This document shows positions 11,689-23,144 of a stretch of 64,000 nucleotides of DNA, one piece after another. The stretch comes from Malacoraja senta (Eukaryota). The stretch covers positions 18,354,001 to 18,418,000 of the forward strand of contig CM075988.1 in NCBI GenBank assembly GCA_038087875.1, read 5' to 3'. The notes under the pieces were generated by a model. It was not told where the DNA came from and searched no databases. It saw only the letters and a list, made by a program, of their open reading frames with translations. Position 1 is the stretch's first letter. Each line of letters begins with the position of its first letter. The translations under genes and the position numbers were made by a program.

Positions 11689-12976
11689 CATCAATCCACA
11701 TGTTCTGCACTTTCAACATTGAATATATATCAAGAACCAAAGAAGTGCAGATGCTGGTTTACAAAAAAAGTCAAAAGATGCTGGAGTAACTCCGCAGATC
11801 AGGGAACATCTCTGGAGAACACGAAGAAAGGGTCTGAAGAAGGGTCCCGACCCGAAACATCACCCGTCCATGTTCTCCAGAGATGCCGCCAGACCCGCTG
11901 AATTACTCCAGTACTTATCATGAATATATATCAATCTGAAGAAGGACCTCAACCTGAAATATTATCTATCCATTCCCTCCACAACGCTGATGTGTTTGTT
12001 TTTTGCACAAGATCCCAGCATCTGCAGTCTGGCAGTCTCTCCAGAACACTTCCTTTCTTTGGAAAAAAGCTGAACAATGCAAAAGGGTGAAAACAAAAAA
12101 AAACCTACTGATGCTGGAAATCTGAAACTGAAACAGAGATATTTCAGTTTGCCACAAGTCAGGCAGAAAGATGCCACAAGTCAGGCAGCATCTGCGGGGA
12201 GGGACACAGAATTAATGTTTCACACTATAGACCCTCCATCAAAAATGGAGTAACTCTGACTTTCCAACATCTCAGCTCAACCCAGGTAAGAAGGGTCTCG
12301 ACCCATTCCTTCTCTCCAGAGATGCTGCCTGCCCCGCTGAGTTACTCCAGCTTTTTGTGTCTATCTTCGGTTTAAACCAGCATCTGCAGTTCCTTCTTAC
12401 ACATTCCAAAGACCTCATCTCCAATGCCCTGGACTTAAGATTGTTCAGAAATGTCAAAGGATAATCGCACAGGAGAAGCTTCCTGGCTTTCTTCTCAAAC
12501 AGACACACAATATGTAGCAGTGAATTATTCAGCACAATCAGGTGGGTTTATTTTCAGAGATGAACGTCGCTGCGCTTTAACATTTTCCGTGAAGGGCAGC
12601 AGCGACAGAGGAATACCCTGGAGCCCTCTGGCAGACAGTGGGCGAAGACCATTAAAAAAACAGCCCAAATATCACGCTGGCGGATCTGTGAATGTCACGA
12701 TGAACTACAAAGGACCCAGTTTTTTTGGAAAGAAAAATCTTAAAGCAGAAAATCTGACCTTCTGCTGAGTCGCCACTCTGCTGCCAATTCCTTTTAAACA
12801 TGACGAGCACCAGCGAGATGGAACTACTTGTCGGAACAAACAACAGAGGTTGAGATTTGATGTCTTGCTTCCTAGAATTAACGATTTTCAGTTTCTACAA
12901 CTCGGGTTGTGAACGGAGCGGAAATATCCCTTCTGCTCCTGATTGAAAACAAGACGTCCTTTTCATACTTTTCAAG

Positions 12977-13289
12977 ACGTCTGAAGAAGGGTCTCGACCC
13001 GAAACGTCACCCATTCCATCTCTCCAGAGATGCTGCCTCGCCCGCTGAGTTACTCCAGCATTTTGTGTCTACCTTCGATTTTACCAGCATCTGCAGTTCT
13101 TACTTACTGCATTTTGTCCTTTTCATACCTCTAGTTTCCCTCTCCCCTGACTCTCAGTCTGAAGAAAGGTCTCCACCCAAAATGTCATCCATTCCTTCTC
13201 TCCAGAGATGCTGCCTGTCCCGCTGGGTTACTCCAGCTTTTTGTGTCTATCTTTGGTTTAAACCAGCATCTGCAGTTCCTTCCTACACA
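12977..13289 (+). mobile_element. Tandem (direct) dimer of Penelope pLTR
   Basis: CTGAAGAA core at 12981 and 13159 (178 bp apart), each followed by the same downstream unit. Confidence 0.75.
12979..13010 (+). ncRNA. Minimal type I hammerhead ribozyme motif in a Penelope pLTR (intact core)
   Basis: GT-CTGAAGA-A-GGGTC TC GACCC-GAAA-CGTC-AC: CUGANGA and GAAA core boxes, stem II, self-complementary ACGU at stem III, GUC cleavage triplet. Stem I is only 2 bp in this copy. Confidence 0.65.
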
Positions 13290-13673
13290 GGTCCAGTCCG
13301 GTTCTGCCTTGAGAATACAGCGGACTCAAGAGATAAAAAAAGTGAAGTAAATTATATCCCACCAAGTCTTAACGGCACTTTAAGGTGTGCCACATTATAA
13401 GTCTGGTTTATTTATATTATTAATGTCCCGTGTACTGAGAAACAGCGACAAGCTTTTTTGCTGCATGCTATCCAGTCAGAGAAAAGATGAGTCTATCAGT
13501 GATAGATAAGTCTGGTTTTCAGCATGAAATGTCGGAACCACTCGGTATGTTGAGCGCTAATCTCTCCAGCAAACAATCTTTCATCAGAACCTCTGTAAAT
13601 TCGAATGAAAGTTGACCACCCGATACACTGTCCCTCATTCCACAGGTGTAGCTGGAACTGCTGAACACATTAT

Positions 13674-13880
13674 GTGGGAAGGAACTGCAGATGCTGGTTT
13701 ACACCGAAGATAGGCACAAGAATCTGGGTTAACTCAGCGGGTCGGGCAGCATCCCTGGAGAGAAGGAAGAGGTGACGTTTGGGTCAAAACCCCTTCCTCA
13801 GACTGAGGGAACTGACCTCAGTCTGAAGAAGGGTCTCGATCCGAAATGTCACCTCTTCCTTGTCGCCAGAGATGCTGCTG
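13674..13880. mobile_element. Penelope pLTR inverted dimer
   Basis: Arms meet at TCAGACTGAGG...CCTCAGTCTGA; both arms carry the CCTCTTCC variant. Confidence 0.75.
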
Positions 13881-14064
13881 AGCACATCGTTCTTCTATTC
13901 CTGCTTTTATTTTACATATTTAGTGTCTGACTTATTTTGCCACAGTGCATGTTTGGTCATCAGCAGCGGCTCATTTGGCTGGCACTGGGACCCGGATTCA
14001 GGGGGCTATGGCTTTTGGCTTCATTCCTGAGACAAAATCGACACTTCACGCTGCCTCGGCATAA

Positions 14065-14427
14065 TCAAGGACCACCCTCACCCCGGTCACTCCCTCGTCT
14101 CCCCTCTCCCGTCGGGCAAGAGGTACAGAAGTATGAAAATGCACACCTCCAGATTCAAGGAAAGTTTGTTCCCAGCTGCATCCCAGCTTTCACAACTAGA
14201 GAGCGGCCCTGAGCCACTATCCATGTCATTGGAGATCCTTGGACTATCTTTAATTGGACGTTTCTGGACTTTACCTTGCACTAAACATTAATCCCTTTAT
14301 CCTGTGTTTGTACACTGTGGGCGACTTAATTGTAATCAGGTATAGTCTTTCTGCTGACTGATTAGCACGCACCAAAAAGCTTTTCACTGTACCCCGATGC
14401 ACGTACAATAAACTAAACTAAACTAAC
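14065..14427 (+). mobile_element. Rex1/Babar LINE 3' end
   Basis: HPHPGHSLVSPLPSGKRYRSMKMHTSRFKESLFPA-like frame, then 3' UTR ending AATAAACTAAACTAAAC. Confidence 0.7.
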
Positions 14428-14529
14428 ATCTTCCGCAGTGCTGGGGAGGGGATGCTGCACTGTTGCAGATGTCCCTGTTACAGATGGAAAATCCACACAC
14501 CTGGCTTTCCATACTGAGTATCAAAGAAT

Positions 14530-15345
14530 ACGTCATAGAATCATACAGGAAACAGGCCCTTCGGCCCACCTAAACCATGCCAACCAAGATGCCCCATCTA
14601 CGCTAGTCCCATTTGTCCACACCTAGTCCATATCCCTTTAAATCTTTCCTATCCAGGTACCTAGAGTCATAGAGTGATACAGTGTGGAAACAGGCCCTTC
14701 GGCCCAACTTACCCACACCGGCCAACATCTCCCAGCTACACTAGTACACCTGTCCAAATGTATGTTAAATGTTGTTATGAGTATCAATGAGGTCCATTGT
14801 TCACTGTGACCCTTCCTGTCTCTCAGTTCAGTATTGTTCCGTTTAGTTTAATGTCACATGTTCCGAGGTACAGTGAAAAGCTATTGTTGTGTGCTAACCA
14901 GTCAGCGAAAAGACAAAACATGATTACCATTGGGCCATTTACAGTGTATAGATACATAAGGGAATAACGTTTAGTGCAAGGACCTGCCTCAACTACCTCC
15001 TCTGGCAACTCGTTCCATATACCCACCACCATCAGGTTCCTATTAAATCTTGTCCTTTTCACCTTAACCCCATGCTCTCTGGTTCTTGATTCTCTTAACC
15101 TGGGAAAAGGTTTGTGTGCATTCACCCTATCCAGCTCATTATTTTGCACACCGCTATAAGATCACCTTTCAGCCTCCTGCGCTCCAAGGAGTAAAGCCCT
15201 GGTCTGCACAACCTCTCCCTGTAGCCCAGGCTCTCGAGTCCTGGCAAAATCCTCGTAAATCTTCTCCACACTCTTTCCAGCTAAGCGGCCCCTAACCAAT
15301 AGCAGGGTGACACGAACCGAACACAATACTCCAAGTGGCTGGCAC
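14530..15345 (-). mobile_element. CR1 LINE fragments with a nested LINE tail
   Basis: Minus frame ESRTREHGVKVK...VVGIWNELPEEVVEAG plus upstream CR1 ORF2-like sequence; two CR1 tails at about 14530-14780. Confidence 0.7.
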
Positions 15346-16024
15346 AATTAAAAAGCGCCTGGCTCTGTGTAAAGATGAAGGGGGGAGTTCTCGAGAATTT
15401 ACACCTCAAACCAAATAGCTATAACAGGTCACCGTGTCACTATCAACGGTGGGAGTTTGTTGGAGCTCACTGCACACAGACTGTCAGCGCAGTTTCCCAT
15501 CGACCACCCAATAGCTGGTACTGAAGTTGGCTATAAATGTTTCAGAGACACCTGGGGTTGTGAAACTCATGGGTCGAACGGAAGATACTCTTTATGTGTC
15601 ATTTTCAAGTTTCAACGACGGTTCTGGAAATTAGATACCCACAAAAAGCTGGAGTAACTCAGCGGGACAGGCAGCAGCTCCGAAGAAAAGGAATAGGTGC
15701 GGTTCGTGTCGAGACCCTTCTTCAGACTTCTTTCGGTTCGACCCGAAACATCACCTATTCTTTTTCTCCAGAGATGCTGCTTGAAGTGCTGAAATACTCT
15801 AGCTTTTTGTGTCTATCTTCGGTTTAAACCAGCATCTGCATGCAGACTCGGTGGGCTAAAGGGCCTGTTTCTACGCTGTATCTCTAAAATCTAAAAACCT
15901 AAACTAGTTTATGTATGGGTGATCATTGGTCGGCGCGGACTCTGTGGACTGGAGGGCCTGTTTCTACGCTGTATCTCGAAACTAATCTAAACGGAAAGTG
16001 ATTGTTCACACATGTTCTCCGATT

Positions 16025-16300
16025 TTATGCGATTTTCCCAGCGATTTGCCGGCACCCGTCATAGTCGCAGCAGGTTGCCGAAAATCTTCAACATGTTGAA
16101 AACCCAGCGGCGACCAGAAAAAGGTACGACTCTTTGGGAGACTACTCATCACGGGTGACGCCTGTTTGGTGGTGAGTAGTCGCCCAAAGATTTGGTCGCC
16201 ACGGGATTTTCAACATGTTGAAAATTTTCGGCAACCTGCTGCGACTATGACGGGTGCCGGCAAGTCGCCGAAAAAAATCGCGTAAGTGGGACAGGCACCT
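16025..16300. mobile_element. Fold-back MITE (left terminus lost)
   Basis: About 80-bp imperfect inverted arms (GCCGGCACCCGTCATAGTCGCAGCAGGTTGCCGAAAAT / ATTTTCGGCAACCTGCTGCGACTATGACGGGTGCCGGC). Right end AAGTGGGACAGGCACCT-TAA resembles the terminus of the MITE at 54037-54205. Confidence 0.75.
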
Positions 16301-16338
16301 TAAGGATCCAGGAAACAATTCCCTTTGTGTGGGCTTGT

Positions 16339-16779
16339 TCTATTGCGACAAGTGATGGCTTCCCTTTCAGACGGACGATGACAGCGAGGTCAACATTTGT
16401 AACAAGATGGACATGAAAAGAAGAGGCTAAAAAACAAACTGCGGGATGAACTCCGCAGGTCAAGCAGCATCTGTGGAAGCAAAGCAAGGATCCTGCATCA
16501 GGAATCTTGCACTCATTGATCAATTGATTGATTGATTGACTGACTGACTGACGGATTGATGTGAAGGAAATAACTAACGATGTTGGTTTACACCAAAGAT
16601 AGACACAAAACGCCGGAGTAACTCGGCGGGACAGGCAGCATTTCTGGAGAGAAGGAATGGGTGACGTTTGGGATTGAGACCTTTCTTCACACTGACTGGC
16701 TGAAAGATACAGCATGGAAATAGACCCTTCAGCCCACCGAGCCCATCGATCACCCGCTCACATTTTTCTCATGTTATTC
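16339..16779 (+). repeat. Displaced direct duplication, copy A (of 22409-22853)
   Basis: Near-identical unique and repeat mosaic with the same junctions in both copies. Confidence 0.9.
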
Positions 16780-17395
16780 TGCTTGTTCTGTTTACACACA
16801 CCAGACGTGCATTGTAGACCTATTTCCAATGGCCTCCAGCCACACACAGTCAGTGGGAGACTGCCTCTAAACACCTGCATTAAAACTAAAGTGCTCCCTC
16901 ATTAATCTTCAACTGATTTTATTATCGTGAACTGTATCCTCAACGCTGTGCCTTCAAAGTGGTTTTGTGGAACCCTCCAGGAATGAGAAATTACATTCGT
17001 ATTTTTAAACCCAATGGCTACATTTGCCCACTGCAGAACATATTATAATGGGCTCTTTCTTTGAAAAATCCAAAGATCATAAATGGTTTGTTTGTTTCAT
17101 TGATCGATTGAGAGGAACTTGTTAATTAGGTTTGGAATTTCGGCAGACGGAAATGTAATTTTCTCTCTGCTCTCCGGGTGAATACTGATCAGCCTCTTGC
17201 ACTGCTCCCCTTGTTCATACATCGGTGCTGAACAATGATGAGAATAATCACACTGGGCTATTAAGTTCATCAAAATAAACTTTTCCATTTGCACCTCTAC
17301 TGCATCACTGCCACCCTGTCTCCTTGCATCCTTGCTGTTATTTATTCTCTTCTGCCTTCCCCCATGACAAACCTCCTCCACCACCCCCCTCCAGA

Positions 17396-17713
17396 CTTAG
17401 CTTAGTATAGAGATACAGCGCGGGAACAGGCCCTTCGGCCCACCGAGTCTGCGCCGACCAGCGATCCCCGCACATTAACACCACCCTGCACACACACCAG
17501 GGACAATTTAACATGTTTACATTTATACCAAGCCAATTAACCTACAAACCTGTAAGTCTTCGAAGTGTGGGACAGAACCGAAGATCTCGGAGAAAACCCA
17601 CGCAGGCCGCAGGGAGAACGTAGAACTCCGTACAGACGAGCACCCGTAGTCAGGATCGAACCCGTGTCTCTGGCGCTGTCAGGCAGTAGCTCTACCACAG
17701 TGCCACCATGCCG
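17396..17713 (-). mobile_element. V-SINE, full length
   Basis: Complete SINE on the minus strand. Confidence 0.85.
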
Positions 17714-17806
17714 GTTCGGTGACGTTTTGCCCGGCTGTGCTGAAACTCATGAGTTGGGTTTAGAGGGATGTGGCCAAACAGGAGCATTGGGACATCTTAG
17801 ACTCCC

Positions 17807-17949
17807 CATTCCCACACTGACCTTTCTGCCCTGGGCCTCCTCCACTGTCAGTGTGAGGCCCAACACAAATTGGAGGGACAGCACCTCATATTTCGATTGG
17901 GCCGCTTACACCCCAGAGGTATGAATATTGACTTCTCTAACTTCAATAA
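17807..17949 (+). pseudogene. Penelope-like element ORF remnant, GIY-YIG endonuclease C-terminus
   Basis: My translation HSHTDLSALGLLHCQCEAQHKLEGQHLIFRLGRLHPRGMNIDFSNF matches the typical PLE ending (LE..LI..LG.L.P.G.N). It continues into a 3' UTR/pLTR (17950-18071, resuming at 20359-20550). Confidence 0.8.
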
Positions 17950-18759
17950 CCTTTGCTTTCCCTTTCTCTCCATCCCTCCCCCATCCTAGTTCTTTGAATA
18001 GTTCCACTGTCCTCCTGATTAATTTTACTGATTGTCAGTCTTCTTGTCACCTTCCCCTCAGCTAACAACAACAGGGCTCTCGCTTAACTTTTTTTCCCTG
18101 TTGCCAGCCGGGCAACCTTGGCAGCTTTTTATGTTGCTAAATGACAGTTTAGGTGGTCATTTAAGATGGCTTGCATGACGTGTGTGATAATGTGCTCGGA
18201 CGAAGTGCGTAGTTACCAGTCGGAATTATGGTCAATGAAGCATTCACATATTATTTCTGCTTCAAATAAAGTCACAAACTAAACATATTCACCAATCAAG
18301 ACATGATATATCCCACAATGACGCAGCAAAATTATAAGACAGTATCTCAACTCTTTTTACACATTGCAATTAATGCAATTTCTATTAGTTCTTTCCACTT
18401 CCAAACAAAAATGTGGTTGGATTATTCAGCGTATGATCAACCTGTGTTAATAAATCCTGGACCATGGTAACATATATGTGTACGTATAGTTGTGAATGTT
18501 GCTCATTAAATAACTACAGTACTGATACTCCATATTAAGAGCATTGATTTGCCGTTAAAATGAATTCTGTAATAACGTGTCAATGGTAGCAGTGACAATC
18601 GAACACTGCGGTTTTAATGTTTCACGTGTTCACAATTTAATTAATCCATCTTTATGGATTTAAACAAATAATAACATTGGGAATTAAAACGCATTTGATT
18701 GCATTCCGTTATCAAACATAGTCAATGTTCGCTCTGAAGACATTTCCAGCACAATAGAG

Positions 18760-19620
18760 TCAGGGAGGGGTGTGTGTGTGAATCAGTGCGGGGTGGATAG
18801 ATGGCGGGGGTGTGGGGGGGGGGGGAGGGGGTTAGAAGGCAGTCGGTGCAGAATGGATGGATTGAGGCAGGTGAATTAGTACGTGTTGGTTGGAGTAGGT
18901 AAAATTGTGAGGGGAGAGCACCGGGGATGTCAGTGGTGTTGAATGGGGGGGTTCAGTACGGGATGGATGGGGGTAGACAAAAGTGCTGGAGAAACTCAGC
19001 GGGTGAGGCAGCATCTATGGAGCGAAGGAAATAGGCATCGTTTCGGGTCGAGACCCTTCTTCAGACTGTTCCCCCCATTCTTCTTGAATGGGAGGATCAG
19101 TACAGGATGGATGGGGAGGGGGGTAGATCAGCGCAGGGTGATTGGGGGGGGGCGGGTCAGTACAGTGTGGATCGGAGGGTCTGTGCAGGATGAATGGGGG
19201 ATCACTACAGGATGAATGAGGGGAAGGGGGGAAGGTGCAGGGTAAATGGAGGGTGGGTCAGTACGGGATGAATGCGTGGATTAGTACAGGATGGATGGGG
19301 GATCAGTATAGGATGGATGGAGGAGAAGTGCAGGATGGATGGGAAAGGGGTAAGTACAGGGTGAATTGGGCAACCAGTGTAGGATGGATGGGGGGAGGAG
19401 GGGGGGGGTGGCAGGAGAATCAGTGCGAGGTGGATAGGGTGATCAGCGCAGGATGAATAGATGGGGGGGTAGATGTGGAGGGGAGCACAGGGGATGTCAG
19501 TGAGGACTGAATAGAGGCGGGAATGGGGATCAGTGCGGGATGGAGTGGAGGGGTCCCAGGATAAGGGGGTGGATGGGGCGTACAAGAGAGAGAGAGGGGG
19601 CAAGGTGGGGAGGAAGGAAG
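18760..19620. repeat. G/purine-rich degenerate tandem repeat (unit like GGATCAGTACAGGATGGATGGGG)
   Basis: Strong strand asymmetry and recurring CAGTAC(A/G)GGATG(G/A)ATGG; interrupted by a pLTR copy at about 18974-19068. Confidence 0.75.
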
Positions 19621-19779
19621 GTCAGCGCTCCTCGGACAACATCGCCCCGCTGCCTTGGCCGTTGGGAACTCCTCGCCACCGCCTCCCTCCTCCGCCAGCC
19701 AACAGCAAGGTGCGGGGCCGAGCGGTGCAGCTCAGAGATCCTACAGCTATAAGATCTTTGGTGCAGCTGCTTCAGACGA

Positions 19780-20119
19780 GTCGGTGCGAATGACGTGCTC
19801 CGAACAGCGGCAGCAGCGTCCGCGACAGCGGCTCCATCTCCACCTCCTCCCGCCCTGATAAGGGCCTCTGCTTGTAAATCCGCTAACGGGCTTTCAAAAC
19901 AAACCCTCCCGCACTCCGAGGCCTCCCCCTTCCTCCCTTCCTCCCTCCCTCCCTCCCTCCTCCCGGCCTCGGAGTGCGGGAGGGTTTGTTTTGAAAGCCC
20001 GTTAGCGGATTTACAAGCAGAGGCCCTTATCAGGGCGGGCGGGGGGCGGGAGGAGGAGGAGATGGAGCTGCTGTCGCGGCCGCTGCTGCCGCTGTTCGGG
20101 GCCCGTCATTCGCTCCGAC
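19780..20119. repeat. GC-rich palindrome with perfect 75-bp core arms
   Basis: 19849-19923 is the exact reverse complement of 19965-20039; 41-bp pyrimidine-only loop; imperfect pairing extends to 19780/20119. Confidence 0.9.
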
Positions 20120-20804
20120 CCTTCGTCACCCCGCACCTAGTATCTTTGCCCAGCACAGCCGCCGCCGACACAAAACATCACGTTCCTTTTCTCCAGAGAT
20201 GCTGCCTGACCCGCGGAGTTACTCCAGTTTTTTGTGTCTATCTTTGATACAAACCAGTATCTGGTTGCCAAGCCGTGCAAAATGACTCGGTGTTTAGGTT
20301 GCCCGGCGGCGCTTTGAGTGGTCAGTGGCACCCGGGCAACCGCTAATTTCGAGCCCTGAACAATCCATTCAACATTGTCCTTGAACTTCATCCTCTTTGA
20401 ACTCTCGTTTTCACACTTTACCCTTCCATATCTCTATGTCTCCCTCTCCCGACTCTCAGTCTGAAGAAGAGTCTCGACCGGAAACGTCACCTATCTCTCC
20501 AGAGACGCTGTCTGTCCCGCTGAGTTACTCCAGCATTTTGTGTCTATCTTAGTCAGCAATGTCGTGTTGACTCTGTGAGTGGGGACATTTGGCCAGAACC
20601 AGCCATCGGTGACACCGACCACGACTGCCTGTTGAGACACGGACAGGTCTACACGTCCCTTTCTTGGATGACCGGGCCTGGTGAGAGGAACTGTGGGGGG
20701 TGTCTGACCTTCCCCGTCCTCGAGGTCGGCTGCGGGGGACATCGCGCCCCCCCCCCCCCGCCCGGGAAACAAGGACTGGAGGGTCAGGCATGGGGAGGGA
20801 CAAG

Positions 20805-21155
20805 CTCCAATCTCGCTGCTACCATCGGGAAGAAGGTACAGGAGCTTCAAAACCGTGACCCCCAGGCTCAAGAACAGCTTCTTGCCAGCAACTACCAGGC
20901 TCTTGAACTCTGCACCACACTGTCCTCAGCAACTGTGATCTTCTATGGACTGTGTCTTTGGTTGCACTATGGAATTTGGCTTAATATAGCTTCCAGGTAT
21001 TATGGTTATTTTACTTATTGTGTTATTTAATTCACGTTATTCCCTTGAATGGCTCGATTGTAATCATGTATTGTCTTTGCGCTGACTGATTAGCATGCAA
21101 CTAAAGCTTTTCACTGTACCTCACTACACGTGACAATAAACCAAACTAAACCAAA
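20805..21155 (+). mobile_element. Rex1/Babar LINE 3' end
   Basis: CTGCTACCATCGGGAAGAAGGTACAGGAGC...AAGAACAGCTTCTT motif (LLPSGRRYRS...KNSF) followed by 3' UTR. Confidence 0.7.
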
Positions 21156-21282
21156 CAACACTCCCCTAGGCTTTCTTCCCCCATAAAGGAGACGCCCAGA
21201 ACCCATTTCTTACAGAACGCCACTCAACGAGAACCTCCCACTGGATCTTAAGTAACACTCTGGTTTTACCAAGCTCCAAATG

Positions 21283-21570
21283 GGCAGCGGTAGAGTTGCT
21301 GCCTCACAGCGCCAGAGGCCCGGGTTAGATCCTGACTACGGGTGCTTGTCCGTACGTTCTCCCCGAGACTTGTGTGTGTTTTCTCCGAGATCTCCGCTTT
21401 CCTCCCACACTCCCAAAGACGTACAGGTTTGTAGGATAATTGGCTTGGTATAATTATAAATTGTCCCACGTGTGTGTGGGATAGCATTAGTATGCGGGGA
21501 TCGCTGGTCGGCGCGCACTCGTTGGGCTGGAAGGGCCTGTTTCCGCGCTGTATCGCTACACTAAACTAAA
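21283..21570 (+). mobile_element. V-SINE
   Basis: Head, core and (CTAAA)n tail. Confidence 0.85.
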
Positions 21571-22408
21571 GCGCAGAAGCCAGCCTTGCCCTCAGTATTT
21601 TTTGCAGAGCTGTGAGCAAACATTGGCAGATAATGGAACAAGAAGTGGGTTTAAGCCAGATCACACTAATACCAAGGGCTCCCGGACTGATGGAATAGGT
21701 GGTAATATTGCATCAGTTATCAAAACATCAATTCACCAAATTAGAGATTTCAAGCTTTCGGGCATCTAATGCAGAGGCAGGTTTGACATGATCCATGTGA
21801 ATCACCAGACTCAAGCAACCTGCAAATACCTGATTTTAATATATTTAGCAATTAGTGTCAGACATTTGAAGTGATTAGCCCATGATATTCTCCACAAATT
21901 TGCATGATATTTGTCGTTGCTGTTTGCTTCTGTGTTCAATTGTTGCCCACCTTTCTCCCTCTCCTTGGCAGCCTTGTCCTGTGTGATTCCGACAACATAG
22001 CATCTGAAGTCTGTGCCTGCAGGGACCCAAGGGTCTGTCCGGCCACATTTCCGCAGCAATTGATTCACTCCTGTTACTGTTGTGCAGAGAGCAAGTACAC
22101 GGGTTTCCTTAGGGAGCCGGGGATGTCTTTGACAGGTCTGTGTGTGAAGGCATCACACGGCAGGCACAGCTACTACCTCTGCTTCAGAGGCAAGCACTGG
22201 AAACATAACAATGATTAGAACGGCTTCAGCTACGGAATCACAATTCTTACTTGGAAAAGGCCACACGGTTCATGGGCATGGTGCCAACCAGTCGCCAATC
22301 TCCCTGTTTCGACGGGGACTGAAACTTGGGGGAATCCTTGAAATTATGGTCCTGATTACTGAGGCTGGAAACTGGAAGTATCCTGAGCTAATTCTGCTAC
22401 CACCATCA

Positions 22409-22853
22409 TCTATTGCGACAAGTGATGGCTTCCCTTTCAGACGGACGATGACAGCGAGGTCAACATTGGTAACAAGATGGACATGAAAAGAAGAGGCTAA
22501 GAAACAAACTGCGGGATGAACTCCGCAGGTCAAGCAGCATCTGTGGAAGCAAAGCAAGGATCCTGCATCAGGAATCTTGCACTCATTGATCGATTGATTG
22601 TTTGATTGATTGACTGACTGACTGACGGATTGATGTGAAGGAAATAACTAACGATGTTGGTTTACACCAAAGATAGACACAAAACGCTGGAGTAACTCGG
22701 TGGGACAGGCAGCATTTCTGGAGAGAAAGAATGGGTGACGTTTGGGATTGAGACCTTTCTTCACACAGACTGGCTGAAAGATACAGCATGGAAATAGACC
22801 CTTCAGCCCACCGAGTCCATCGATCACCCGCTCACATTTTTCCCATGTTATTC
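22409..22853 (+). repeat. Displaced direct duplication, copy B (probable donor)
   Basis: Matches 16339-16779; the terminal SINE fragment continues past the breakpoint only in this copy. Confidence 0.9.
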
Positions 22854-23144
22854 CACTTTTGCATCCACTCCCTACATCTGATGTAGGGTCACGAGCGGAA
22901 ACATTGACCTTTCGTCTGGCTGCACAGATGTTGCCTGATCCACTGAGCTCCACCACCAGTTGTTTTTTTGCTTCATTTTACACCATTGTGGTCTCTTGTG
23001 TATCCTGGTTACCTAATGGTAGCCCAGACTGATGGAACATTGAGCTTTTACCAGGAGATCTGAGATAGTGAGAAGTGAGGTGGTCAGATCCCATCTGGCA
23101 GAATGCACTCGAGTACTCACACACTTCTGTGAGTGAGTGTCACA

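Larger units (their letters stand above)
18072..20358. mobile_element. Non-autonomous hAT-like DNA transposon, 2.3 kb, 5-bp TSD
   Basis: Termini CAGGGCTC...GAGCCCTG; subterminal GTTGCC/GGCAAC motifs at both ends; AACAA on both flanks (18067-18071, 20359-20363); the host Penelope sequence is colinear when the element is removed. Confidence 0.7.

Noticed and set aside
12451..12843. Overlapping ORFs in unique sequence
   Set aside because: No recognisable protein motif or convincing splice pair; lengths are compatible with chance.
19533..20247. GC-rich ORFs or a host CpG-island promoter
   Set aside because: The sequence lies inside a TIR/TSD-bounded element and is explained by the palindrome; no recognisable protein.
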